The notes under the pieces: generated by a model | Seen by the model: the letters and a program-made list of their open reading frames with translations, nothing else | Databases searched by the model: none | Told to the model about the DNA's origin: nothing | Source of the DNA: Aquificota bacterium | Lineage (GTDB): Bacteria; Aquificota; Aquificia; Aquificales; Aquificaceae | Direction: 5' to 3' | NCBI GenBank assembly: GCA_030549905.1 | Contig: JAUQQK010000007.1 | Location: 2,612 to 66,611 of the forward strand | Length of the DNA stretch: 64,000 bases | Shown here: positions 35,515-44,585 of the stretch, piece by piece | How the letters are laid out: every line of letters begins with the position of its first letter | Position numbering within the stretch: position 1 is the first letter of the stretch | Program-made: the position numbers and the translations under genes

Positions 35515-35725
35515 TTTCAGATGGAATGGAGTTAATGCCCTACCCCTTACCCGTTAGCTCATCAAACACATGACTTATGGCTATCCTGAGCCGTTCCTTT
35601 CTTTCTTCCTTTGTCAAAGCCTGGTATTCTTCTAAGCTCTTGTGAAGTAGCTTAAGGGTTTGCCTCACATATACTTCTATGCAGTTTGCCTTCTTAAACC
35701 GCTTGGTGATGTATATTTAACATGT

Positions 35726-35917
35726 ATGGCAAGAGAAAGGTCAGGGTTCAAAGCATTAAGCCCTCGGACACCCACAGAAGAAACTCATATAAGCCTATAC
35801 AAGGAATTGATGGAATGGCTAAAAGCCAAAGCCCACAAAGAAGCCAATAACCTGAGCTTTACTGAGATACTTGAAAGGGCTAAGCAGATAAAGGAAGCCA
35901 AGCAGGGTGGTAAGTGA
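35726..35917 (+). CDS. Ribbon-helix-helix protein (E2 copy)
   Basis: The 63-aa product aligns with the 2487-2681 product (..LY.EL.EWL......E...LS.TEILE.AKQ..EA.QGGK). Confidence 0.55.
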   Translation: MARERSGFKALSPRTPTEETHISLYKELMEWLKAKAHKEANNLSFTEILERAKQIKEAKQGGK

Positions 35918-35925
35918 GGAAAGCA

Positions 35926-36156
35926 ATGGACAGCAAGGAAGAGGTTAAGGAGCTAATAGCCCACTACAGAAACCTGTTTAATCAACTCTGGAATGGCTTA
36001 TTACTGTTGTCTGGTGGCTTGGCTGGGCTTGCCTTTAAATGGGATAGTCCAGTGGCTAAGGGTTTAATAATAGTAGGTGGTATTTTGTGGGTAGCCCTTT
36101 CCTTTCTAATGGTTTATGCCCACATACAGGCAAAAAGACTAATAAGGAGGCTATGA
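35926..36156 (+). CDS. Small membrane protein (76 aa, 2 TM), E2
   Basis: The product begins MDSKEEVKELIAHYRNLFNQLWNGL and continues with two TM helices. This is the full-length version of the E1 truncated copy. Confidence 0.5.
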   Translation: MDSKEEVKELIAHYRNLFNQLWNGLLLLSGGLAGLAFKWDSPVAKGLIIVGGILWVALSFLMVYAHIQAKRLIRRL

Positions 36157-36158
36157 AC

Positions 36159-36260
36159 ATGGAAAACTACGGAGGCTTGATAATAGTTTCCATTTTGGCA
36201 GTTATATTTATTGCAGAACTCCTTTACATTGCATGGGATATGCATAAGGACAGGGTTTAA
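36159..36260 (+). CDS. Tiny membrane protein (33 aa), E2 copy
   Basis: The peptide is identical to the 3143-3244 product. Confidence 0.45.
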   Translation: MENYGGLIIVSILAVIFIAELLYIAWDMHKDRV

Positions 36261-36484
36261 ACATGAGCCTGAGGGTTAAGGCTTTTCCTGTGGGTTTAAC
36301 TCCATTAATAGCTCAAAACAGGCAAAAGAGCTAATACGTGGCAGTCAATAAAAAGGATAAAGTAGCTCGCGTAGAGAAGTCCTTATGCACACCTCAGCCT
36401 CAAGCATATCAGGAATGCCTTCCAGTCCATTGAAGGGTGTATTCCTCTGGAAGTGTATAATACATTTATCAGGAGGTTAAAACC

Positions 36485-37459
36485 ATGAAAAGGTTTGCAG
36501 TGCTTGGTTTGTCTGGCATAGCCTTTGCACAGCCAGTCATTGAGCCGAACTTTGCGGACAGGCTCTTCCCGTATGTGGCATACAGAGAGGTCTGGACGGG
36601 CACGCCCGCAAGGGTAGAAAATGCAACAGTGCCAAACACCCTTGTGGTCTACGGAGCGGGGGAAGACCCGGAGGTGGTGGCAGTAGCTGGCAGGATTGCC
36701 TACTATCTGGGTCAGTGGACGGAAGACATAGGCTTTACTGCAGAGGATGTAAAGCAGTCCCGCATGCCAGAGCTTCTGATAAGCGATAGAAGGCTAAAGG
36801 ATATAGGCTGGCAGAACATTATAGTAGTGGGCACAAACAACGAAGTGGTGAGGGAACTGGGTCTTAAGTTTGAAAAGCCTACGATAAAGCTCGTGCAAAA
36901 GGACGGCAAAAACATACTTATTGTAGGCGGTGCCAGTAAGGAACAGGTGCTTCAGGCGGGCAGGTATTTAGCGGATGTGAGGCTAAACTTCAAGGCTGGC
37001 GCCTATAAGACCTTCTTCTCTTTTGTGGCTCTTAGAGGGTATATAGAAAAGGGTGAATTTGATGCGGCACTCAGGCTCATAAAGAGTCCATCAGGTATTT
37101 CCGCCTGCGGTAAAAATATGGCACTGGCTGGACCAATGGTAGCCCAGTGGAGCGACGACCTTAAGGCTGTTGTAAGGCAGAGGAATAACATACTCTACAA
37201 TGAGCTTCCCAAGGCTCTTGGTGTAAGGGACAAGGATAAAGCCGTTAGCCTCTGGAAGGAAGCCATGCAAACCTGCTATCAGTGCCATCAGGGCATAGGC
37301 GTGCCTCAGGTGAGGAAGTTTATACCCCTTGAAGGCATACATGCCAGACACCAGCAGATAGCGGAAAGCTTCGGTCTTGTAAAGGTGCTCGGAAACCAGA
37401 AGTCCTGCGTAGCCTGTCATGCGGGCAGTACGCAGATAAGAGGCTACTCCCAGAAGTAA
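36485..37459 (+). CDS. Secreted diheme c-type cytochrome with a large non-heme N-terminal domain
   Basis: The product has a signal peptide (AFA/QP) and two CxxCH motifs in the last 70 aa (CYQCH, CVACH). I recognise no family for the first ~200 aa. Confidence 0.65.
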   Translation: MKRFAVLGLSGIAFAQPVIEPNFADRLFPYVAYREVWTGTPARVENATVPNTLVVYGAGEDPEVVAVAGRIAYYLGQWTEDIGFTAEDVKQSRMPELLISDRRLKDIGWQNIIVVGTNNEVVRELGLKFEKPTIKLVQKDGKNILIVGGASKEQVLQAGRYLADVRLNFKAGAYKTFFSFVALRGYIEKGEFDAALRLIKSPSGISACGKNMALAGPMVAQWSDDLKAVVRQRNNILYNELPKALGVRDKDKAVSLWKEAMQTCYQCHQGIGVPQVRKFIPLEGIHARHQQIAESFGLVKVLGNQKSCVACHAGSTQIRGYSQK

Positions 37460-38071
37460 ATGAGATGGCTCTTAGTCCTTTTATACCCCCTCCTCCTTTC
37501 CCTTCTTTTTGTAAGGCTCTCCTTTACAGAAGCCTTTGTGGCGTTTTTATACCAGAGGGTGGAGCTTCCTCCAGACCCCATGCCATATGAACTCAGGCTT
37601 AGCATAGCCAAGCTGGGCTTAAGGTCCGTGCTGTCAGAGGAGGGCATGGAAGAATTTAAAAACTCTGGTCTTTTCAACAGCAGAGAAATAAAACATATGG
37701 AAGATGTAAAAAGGCTTCTCAGCTTTTTCTTCACACTTCTTTATGTGCTTTCCCCTCTCTGGCTCTTTTTCTTTTTCAGGCTAAAGAGTTTTAAGGAAAA
37801 GGGCTTTGTTCTCTTTTCCGGAGGGCTTCTTCTTGAGCTTTTTGCCCTCTTCGTGATAGTTGTTTCCCTTGTGGCTTACAACTGGCTCTTTGAAGCCTTC
37901 CACAACCTCTTTTTTGACCCTTATTCTTGGCGCTTCAGAGATGAGGACATGCTTTTGAGGGTTTATCCCATGGACTTTTGGTTCAAGGCTACCCTATACA
38001 CAGCGGGCAGTCTTTTCTTCTTCAACCTTCTGCTCCAGCTTCTTGGTCTTTATCTCTGGAGAAGAGGCTGA
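37460..38071 (+). CDS. TIGR01906/DUF1461-like integral membrane protein (Lit-like)
   Basis: The product has four TM helices and the motif FHNLFFDPYSWRF...D.L...YP.DFW. Confidence 0.6.
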   Translation: MRWLLVLLYPLLLSLLFVRLSFTEAFVAFLYQRVELPPDPMPYELRLSIAKLGLRSVLSEEGMEEFKNSGLFNSREIKHMEDVKRLLSFFFTLLYVLSPLWLFFFFRLKSFKEKGFVLFSGGLLLELFALFVIVVSLVAYNWLFEAFHNLFFDPYSWRFRDEDMLLRVYPMDFWFKATLYTAGSLFFFNLLLQLLGLYLWRRG

Positions 38072-40352
38072 GTTTTTCTAAGGCTGGTGCTGGCTTGCCA
38101 ATATAGTAGCCCTGAGCATAATCTACATTTAGCTCCGAAAGGAGCCTTAAAACCACTTCCTCCTCTACATACTCAGCTACTGTTTTTACACCCAGTGCCC
38201 TTGCCACATTCACCACATTCTCCACAAAAACCCTGTCTATGTTGGAGGTCTTAAGGCTCCTTATGAACTCACCCTCAATCTTTAAAAAGTCCACGGGCAG
38301 GTATTTAAGGTACAGGAAGGAAGAGTAGCCCGAACCAAAATCGTCTATGGCAAACTTAAAACCCTTTTCTCTCATGTTCTTCACAAAAGAAGAGACAGCT
38401 TCAATGTCCTGTATGGCTTCCCTCTCTGTAAGCTCAAAAACAAGCCTTGAGGGCTCCATGGCGTATGCGTCCACAAGAGAATTTACTTCCCTCACAAAGT
38501 CCTCTGTAAGGTTTTGAGGGGAAAGGTTAAAGAATAGGTAAAAATCCCTGTTTTTGCATTCCTTCACATGGTTGAAGACAATATTCATAAGTGTAAGGTC
38601 AAGCCTGCTTATGACACCCATCCTTTCCGCAAGATGTATGAACCTGAAGGCAGGCACAAGCTCCTCTCCAACCCTTAGCCTTGCAAGCACCTCAAAACCA
38701 ACAAGCCTCTGGCTTTCTACTTCCCTTATCTCCTGAAAGAAGGGCTCCACAAGACCCTTCTCAAGGCTTTCAATAAGGCTTTTTTCAAAACCAATTAGAT
38801 ATGTATGAAGGCTTTTATCCGCTTCTTCAACCGCTTTAACCTTCCCTTTCCCCTCCTTCTTTATGACATGCATAAGGCTCTCACCAAGGGATATAAGTTC
38901 ACCAGGGCTTTTTGCATCCACAGGATAGCAAACTACACCCACGCTTATGCTTATTGGTATGACTGTTTCCCCCACTAAGAATGGCTTGTTTTCAAGCTCC
39001 CACTTTAGCCTCCGAGCCACCTCCATAGCACTATTTTTCCTTGCCCTTGGCAGTATGACCGCAAACTCATCGCCTCCAAGCCTGCCCGCAATATCAAGCC
39101 TCCTTATCTTATTCCTTATCACCCCAGCCACATGCTTGAGCACCGCATCACCCGTTGCATATCCATAAGCATCATTTATCACCTTAAAGTTATCCACATC
39201 TACAAAAAGCAAGCATAGTGGCTCTCCAGTTCTTTCAGCCCTTTCTATTTCCTTTTCAAGAAGTTTTTCAATGCTCCTTCTGTTATATAGCATGGTGAGA
39301 GGGTCAAACTCCGATAGAAACCTTATACTTGCCTGAGCACTTTCAAGGTCTTCGATAACTTTCATGAGCTTGACCACATGGAAGAGCTGATTGCTTACCG
39401 TCTTCAAAAACAGAAGGTCTTCCTTGTCAAAACCACCCTCTTTTCTCAGCCCAATAATGCCAGACTGATAGGAGTTGCTTTCAAACTTGCAGAACATATA
39501 GTTTTTCCTGATGCCATAGAGCTCCTCGCTCTCTATCACCTCCCCTGCAAGCTGAAGAAGGTTATAGTCTGGAAAGTTTCTGATGAAGCCTCCAGAAAAG
39601 ATTATCCTGTCAGGCATTTCTGCGTTCTTGTTCCACATGTAAAAGACACTTCCGTCCATCTTTAAAACATAGTCCAGCCTTTCTAAGACCTGCTTTGAAA
39701 AGGTGTCAATGTTGTTGTATGCCTGCGTGGCATACTCGGAGGTCTCAAGTATAAGGTATAGCCTCTGTAGTTCTTTACTCTTTTCCTCAAGAAGCCTTCC
39801 AAGGTTTATGTAGCTAAGTATATGACCTAACATAATCCTTGTGGTGTTTATCACATGAAGCCTGATAAGGGGCGACTCTGTCTCCTCCGCCAGCTTTGAT
39901 ATCGCTATGTAGCCCTCATGGACTGCATAATAATAACCTCTATCAAAAAACTGACCGCCCAGCTCCCTCACACGCCTGTATAGGCTTCTCACATCAATAG
40001 GAGGAGGCTTTTCCTCCTCATAGCCATAGGCAACCGCCAGAAGCCTGCCCTCCCTGCCATCGTATAGGGAAAAGGTATTAAATATATACTCAAGTCCTTT
40101 ACCAAAGCGTATGTACAGCACGCCCTCCCTGTTTTCAGGCTTCATTCCCATCAAAGATGTAAGCAAAGCCCTTGTGGCGGACATTATCCTGTATGCCTCA
40201 TCCCTTACGCCTGCATAAAGCACCGCATAAAGGATAAAGCCGTATGATAAAAACCTGTAGAAGGAGGAAAGCACTATGAGAAAATCATAGAAATGCTTGT
40301 AGAGGGCTAAGCTCAGAGAAGAAAGCATGAGTAAGAAGAGGGCTGTAGCCAT
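38022..40352 (-). CDS. GGDEF-EAL dual-domain c-di-GMP signalling protein
   Basis: The product has a GGDEF motif (RLGGDEF) and EAL-domain motifs (EVLARL, DDFGSGYSS). The N-terminus is hydrophobic, and the reading frame stays open upstream of the annotated Met. Confidence 0.85.
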   Translation of the reverse strand: MATALFLLMLSSLSLALYKHFYDFLIVLSSFYRFLSYGFILYAVLYAGVRDEAYRIMSATRALLTSLMGMKPENREGVLYIRFGKGLEYIFNTFSLYDGREGRLLAVAYGYEEEKPPPIDVRSLYRRVRELGGQFFDRGYYYAVHEGYIAISKLAEETESPLIRLHVINTTRIMLGHILSYINLGRLLEEKSKELQRLYLILETSEYATQAYNNIDTFSKQVLERLDYVLKMDGSVFYMWNKNAEMPDRIIFSGGFIRNFPDYNLLQLAGEVIESEELYGIRKNYMFCKFESNSYQSGIIGLRKEGGFDKEDLLFLKTVSNQLFHVVKLMKVIEDLESAQASIRFLSEFDPLTMLYNRRSIEKLLEKEIERAERTGEPLCLLFVDVDNFKVINDAYGYATGDAVLKHVAGVIRNKIRRLDIAGRLGGDEFAVILPRARKNSAMEVARRLKWELENKPFLVGETVIPISISVGVVCYPVDAKSPGELISLGESLMHVIKKEGKGKVKAVEEADKSLHTYLIGFEKSLIESLEKGLVEPFFQEIREVESQRLVGFEVLARLRVGEELVPAFRFIHLAERMGVISRLDLTLMNIVFNHVKECKNRDFYLFFNLSPQNLTEDFVREVNSLVDAYAMEPSRLVFELTEREAIQDIEAVSSFVKNMREKGFKFAIDDFGSGYSSFLYLKYLPVDFLKIEGEFIRSLKTSNIDRVFVENVVNVARALGVKTVAEYVEEEVVLRLLSELNVDYAQGYYIGKPAPALEKLSLFSRDKDQEAGAEG

Positions 40353-40462
40353 GTAAAGGGAGGGCTTTTCTCCAAAGGGCTTTCTTTTATGAATGTAGAG
40401 GATAAGGAATAGGAGTACGGAAGCGTTTACAAGGTCGCAGAGGTCTCTATACCAAGGCTGTC

Positions 40463-40969
40463 CTACCCCTCTATGTAAAGGGGAGGTAGATGGGGATAGA
40501 AGAATACTATGAGGAAACTAAGAAGAAGGGAAAAGGCAAGGAGTATAAGGGCGAATAGGTCCCTTACTTTGGTACTGAGGAACAGCCTCTTATGAAACAT
40601 AGAAACAAAAAGTGCAAGAACCACGAGGCTTCTGGAAAGTATAAAAAGGTAAGCCACCTTATCCCTTGTATTCCTTGTTATGAAATCTGGAAAAAAGACA
40701 AAGGAAAGTATATGGAAGAGGTCCGGTATTAGAGCAGGTACCAGGAAGAGCCCAAAGCTATATAGCCTGTGGTTTACTATACGAGGACCCAGAGCCAGAA
40801 GGGTAATCGCAAGGAAGCAAAGAAGGGCAAAGGAGCTTATTCTTATAAAGGCTATCCAGAAGGCAAAATCCTGCCCGCTTAGAACAAGCTGGTCCCTAAA
40901 GAGATAAGACAGCAAAAGCCCCAAAACCCCTCCAACCACCAGTAAGAGGTTTATGTATCTGTGCATCAT
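40463..40969 (-). CDS. Polytopic membrane protein, possibly the detached N-terminal sensor module of the downstream GGDEF-EAL gene
   Basis: This 168-aa ORF has about five TM helices. It ends 110 nt before the GGDEF-EAL Met, and the downstream frame is open back into its 3' end. Confidence 0.5.
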   Translation of the reverse strand: MMHRYINLLLVVGGVLGLLLSYLFRDQLVLSGQDFAFWIAFIRISSFALLCFLAITLLALGPRIVNHRLYSFGLFLVPALIPDLFHILSFVFFPDFITRNTRDKVAYLFILSRSLVVLALFVSMFHKRLFLSTKVRDLFALILLAFSLLLSFLIVFFYPHLPPLYIEG

Positions 40970-41652
40970 ATAAAATTATAATCGTAAGAACCACTTGGAG
41001 CTTTAGAGTTTATGAGTTTTATTAAAAACTCCGCCACCTTTTCTGGTGGCTTTAGCGTGCTTGGATCCTCCTCTGGATAAGCCTGAGCTCTCATCTGCGT
41101 CCTTGTAGCCCCTGGGTTCAGGGCATAGACCCTTATACCCCTTGCCCTTAATTCCTCAGCAAGAAGAAGGCTAAAGCCCTCCACACCAAATTTTGAGACC
41201 GCGTAGGCACCCCAGAAGGGTGCGGGTCTTTTGCCAGCCCCAGAAGACATGTTCACTATAACAGAGCCCTCCTTCATGTAAGGCAAACAATATTTGGTCA
41301 TATAAAAAACACCGTTTATATTGACCCTTATTACCTCCTCCCACACCTCCTCAGGGTACTCTTCCACAGATACCCTAAGCCCCAGCAGGCTTGCATTGTT
41401 CACAAGAAGGTCTATGCCCCCAAGCCTGTCCACGCAGAAGGAGACAAATTCCTTTGCAGAGCTTCTGTCTTCCACATGGCAGGCTTTGAAGTAGAGACCT
41501 TCAGGCTTCCCAAGCTCTTCATATAGCCTTTTGAGGTCTTCTTCCTTCCTTGAGCAGGTGCATACCTGCCAGCCCTCCTGCAAAAGCCTCTCAACTATTG
41601 CCCTTCCTATGCCCCTGCTCCCACCTGTTATTATGGCTTTCTTCCCACCCAT
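40966..41652 (-). CDS. Short-chain dehydrogenase/reductase (SDR)
   Basis: The product has the TGGSRGIG cofactor motif, NNAS, and YxxxK (YAVSK). Confidence 0.85.
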   Translation of the reverse strand: MGGKKAIITGGSRGIGRAIVERLLQEGWQVCTCSRKEEDLKRLYEELGKPEGLYFKACHVEDRSSAKEFVSFCVDRLGGIDLLVNNASLLGLRVSVEEYPEEVWEEVIRVNINGVFYMTKYCLPYMKEGSVIVNMSSGAGKRPAPFWGAYAVSKFGVEGFSLLLAEELRARGIRVYALNPGATRTQMRAQAYPEEDPSTLKPPEKVAEFLIKLINSKAPSGSYDYNFI

Positions 41653-41697
41653 GTCTTATATTTTAAGGATATAATAAAGTCCTTAAGGAGGTCTGAA

Positions 41698-42372
41698 ATG
41701 CTTTTGAACCTTGAAGTAAGAACACAGCTCAAAGACATATTTTCAAAGGAGCTTAAAGAGCCCGTGAGCCTGAAGCTCTTTTCTCAGGCTATAGGCTGTG
41801 AAACCTGCCAGATAGCGGAAGACTTGCTAAAAGAGCTTGTGGAGGTGGAACCTGAAAAGATAAAGCTTGAGGTTTATTCTCCTGTTATAGACAGGGAAAT
41901 AAGCCAGAAGTATGGCATTGAACGTGTGCCTACCATAGTGATAGAGGGCGATAAGGACTACGGCATAAGGTATATGGGTCTTCCCGCAGGGCTTGAATTT
42001 ACAACGCTGGTGCAGGGTATAGTGCAGGTTTCAAAAAGACAGCCAAGGCTTTCTGAGAGAACTATTGAGATGCTCAAAAGCATAGACATACCCATGGAGA
42101 TAATGGTCTTTGTGACCACTTCCTGCGGATACTGTCCTTCTGCTGCCATAACCGCCATGAACTTTGCCTTAGCAAGCGACCATATAAGTGCTCTTATTGT
42201 GGATGCCAGCGAGAACATGGACCTGGCAGAGCTGTATCAGGTGGTTGGCGTGCCAAAGATAGTGATAAACAGGGGAGTGGCTGAGTTTGTGGGTGCCCAG
42301 CCTGAAAACAGCTTCCTCGGTTATGTGATATCCGCCTATGAGAAGCTGAGGAAAGAAAATGGACAGGCTTGA
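41698..42372 (+). CDS. Protein disulfide oxidoreductase (two thioredoxin-fold units, PDO type)
   Basis: Two CxxC sites are present (CETC, CGYC) in a ~225-aa protein, as in thermophile PDOs. Confidence 0.75.
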   Translation: MLLNLEVRTQLKDIFSKELKEPVSLKLFSQAIGCETCQIAEDLLKELVEVEPEKIKLEVYSPVIDREISQKYGIERVPTIVIEGDKDYGIRYMGLPAGLEFTTLVQGIVQVSKRQPRLSERTIEMLKSIDIPMEIMVFVTTSCGYCPSAAITAMNFALASDHISALIVDASENMDLAELYQVVGVPKIVINRGVAEFVGAQPENSFLGYVISAYEKLRKENGQA

Positions 42373-42682
42373 GTATTTTAAGAGCCTTTTAGAAAAAAGC
42401 CCTGATAATCCCATGGTGCATTACTCTTTGGCTATGGAATACTACAGGCTACAGGACTGGCAAAAGGCAATAGAGCATATGGAAAAATACCTTGAGCTAA
42501 AAGAAGATGAAGGTGCAGGCTACAGGCTTTTAGCAAAGTGTTACGAAGAGCTTGGAGAACTAGAAAAGGCTGTGCAGGCATTGGAAGAGGGCATTCAAAA
42601 AGCCCTGAAATATAACCATCCCAGCATGGCGGAGGAGTTCAAGAATTGGGCGGAGCATTTAAGGTCTATGCTATCCTTTTAG
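42359..42682 (+). CDS. Small TPR-like protein
   Basis: This 107-aa helical-repeat protein has TPR-like patterns (YSLAMEYYRLQDWQKAIEHMEKYLEL). Confidence 0.6.
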   Translation: MDRLEYFKSLLEKSPDNPMVHYSLAMEYYRLQDWQKAIEHMEKYLELKEDEGAGYRLLAKCYEELGELEKAVQALEEGIQKALKYNHPSMAEEFKNWAEHLRSMLSF

Positions 42683-43425
42683 GGCTTGTTTGTATTTCCT
42701 TTTCACAGGAGCTAAAAGCCTGCTACAGGGCTTATCTTTTCTTCCTGCCAGTGGCGGAGACCTGCATCACCTACAGGCAAGAAGGGAACACGCTTAGGTC
42801 TGAGAGCTTTGTAAGAACCATAAATGTGGGCAAGCTGGTAAAGAGGGTTTATAACAGAGGCTGGGCTGTTGCCCTACTGCCAGAGCTTAGACCCATAAAG
42901 TTTTACTACTATCAGGAGGAGGGTGAGTTCAAAAGGAAGCAGGAGTATGAGTTTAAGAACGGAAAGATATATGTAAGAGAGGTTAAGTATGTAAAGCTAA
43001 CAGAAGAGGTGGAGAAGGATGAGAAAAAGGTATACGAATACAGAGGCTTTGTAGACCCATACACCGCTGGCTTGCTTCTATACAGGGAAAGCTCAAAGGC
43101 TCAGGCTGGCACCATAAGGATGTTTTATGATGATAAGGAATATTGGCTTCCTTACAGCGTGGTGGGCAAAGAAACTGTAGAGGTTCAGGCGGGGCATTTT
43201 TACACAAGGCTTGTGCAGGTTCAGCCAAACATTGAGACAAAGGGTTTGCTAAAGCCGAAAGGCACGTGGTATATATGGATTGATGAGGAGACAAACCTTC
43301 CAGTAAAGATGGAACTAAAATTTGTTATAGGCTCTGCCACCGCAAAGCTTGAAAGAATTGAAGGAAATAAAAATCTTCTAAAAGAGGTTTTTCTATTAAA
43401 GGCGGGGGCGTATAGCCCCCAGTAA
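42646..43425 (+). CDS. DUF3108-like secreted beta-rich protein
   Basis: The product has a signal peptide and beta-strand-rich sequence resembling DUF3108. This is a weak call from memory. Confidence 0.45.
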   Translation: MGGAFKVYAILLGLVCISFSQELKACYRAYLFFLPVAETCITYRQEGNTLRSESFVRTINVGKLVKRVYNRGWAVALLPELRPIKFYYYQEEGEFKRKQEYEFKNGKIYVREVKYVKLTEEVEKDEKKVYEYRGFVDPYTAGLLLYRESSKAQAGTIRMFYDDKEYWLPYSVVGKETVEVQAGHFYTRLVQVQPNIETKGLLKPKGTWYIWIDEETNLPVKMELKFVIGSATAKLERIEGNKNLLKEVFLLKAGAYSPQ

Positions 43426-43428
43426 GTC

Positions 43429-43665
43429 TTACTTCTTCTGCTCCGCAGGAGCTCCTTCCTTCCTCTCTTCTTTCTTCTGTTCAGCAGCCTTCTTGTGAGC
43501 CTTCTTCTTCTTATGCTCTTTCTTCTGCTCCTGAGCAGCGGGCTTTTCTTCCTTCTTCTGCTCAGCAGGCTTTGCAGGCTCAGCAGGTTTTGCAGGTTGT
43601 GCTTGCTGTGCCATTACGGCACCGCTGAAGGCTACTGCGAGCAGCAGTGCTAAAAACTTCCTCAT
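43429..43665 (-). CDS. Secreted low-complexity K/E/A/P-rich protein
   Basis: A signal peptide (MRKFLALLLAVAFSGAVMA) is followed by PAKPAEPAKPAE and EQKKE-type repeats. Confidence 0.55.
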   Translation of the reverse strand: MRKFLALLLAVAFSGAVMAQQAQPAKPAEPAKPAEQKKEEKPAAQEQKKEHKKKKAHKKAAEQKKEERKEGAPAEQKK

Positions 43666-43736
43666 GGTTCTACCTCCTTTGTAGGGTTTTGATGTTAATT
43701 ATTCTACCTACTCTTCTATGAAAATTTGATGAAAAA

Positions 43737-44585
43737 TCACAGGCGTTGTTTTAGCAGTAAGAGGGCTAAATGATGAAAGATAAAAACAAGAACCACCGCA
43801 TAAGAAAACCTGTGGTAATGCTGAACTCTGAGGGTAAGTATATAGGCAAAGCCCATCAAAAATACAGGAAGAAATACATTCAACAAGGGGAGTAGAAACC
43901 ACAGGCTTGGAGGCTCCTTTTTTTGAAGCACAACCCCGCCAAGGTTAAGTCTGTATATTTTAAAGTCTGTAGAAAAAGTCCTGTTGTTTGCATAGGTCAG
44001 CAGGGAGCCCTCCTCAAAGACAAGCACACCTCCTTCCACCCTTGCCCTTTTGGCAAAAATCATGCCTTCTTCAAACTTAAAAAACACACCCTCTAAAACC
44101 CCTTCCCTTTTCCTTTCCACATACAGAGTAAAAGGGTCAAAGGTATAGAAGGTGCCAGAGGGTACAGAAGCCAGAAGGTGCGTGTAGTATTTAAGGGTAA
44201 GGTGCCTTCTTATGTATCCAACATCATCTTCTTTTACTAAGGTTAGGGCAAGGCTAATAGAAAGAAAAAGAGGTAGTGATATAAAAAGGGTTCTTGTATA
44301 GAGGTTTATAGGGTCTATACCAAAGGACTGCAACACATAAAACTTTTTACTTTCTTTTAACTCAAAAAGGTTCATGGCATAGGCAAGGTAAAAGGTGGAG
44401 GGAAAAAGATAAGAGACATGATAAAAGAGCCATAGGAAAAGGAAGGGCAAAGAATCACGAAGGGGAAGGCTGAAGAGTATCTGGTCAAGCTTCACTATCT
44501 GAATTATGAGAAGAAGAAAGGCAAAGAGAAGACTAAGTAGCAACGCCATAAGGAACACTCTCCAGAAAAGCCATCTGAACAGCAT
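43737..44585 (-). CDS. LptF/LptG (YjgP/YjgQ) family permease-like protein
   Basis: The N-terminal TM pattern and sequence are typical of the family. At 282 aa it is somewhat short. Confidence 0.55.
   Translation of the reverse strand: MLFRWLFWRVFLMALLLSLLFAFLLLIIQIVKLDQILFSLPLRDSLPFLFLWLFYHVSYLFPSTFYLAYAMNLFELKESKKFYVLQSFGIDPINLYTRTLFISLPLFLSISLALTLVKEDDVGYIRRHLTLKYYTHLLASVPSGTFYTFDPFTLYVERKREGVLEGVFFKFEEGMIFAKRARVEGGVLVFEEGSLLTYANNRTFSTDFKIYRLNLGGVVLQKKEPPSLWFLLPLLNVFLPVFLMGFAYILTLRVQHYHRFSYAVVLVFIFHHLALLLLKQRL

Larger units (their letters stand above)
35515..36375. mobile_element. Degenerate sibling (E2) of element E1, abutting tRNA-Pro(CGG); the integrase is reduced to its first codons
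   Basis: E2 carries homologs of the E1 RHH, 2-TM and 33-aa ORFs. E1 3066-3140 and 3141-3330 are near-identical to E2 35926-36000 and 36157-36345. The integrase-start homology (GTG at 36338) decays within about 40 nt. Confidence 0.7.
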
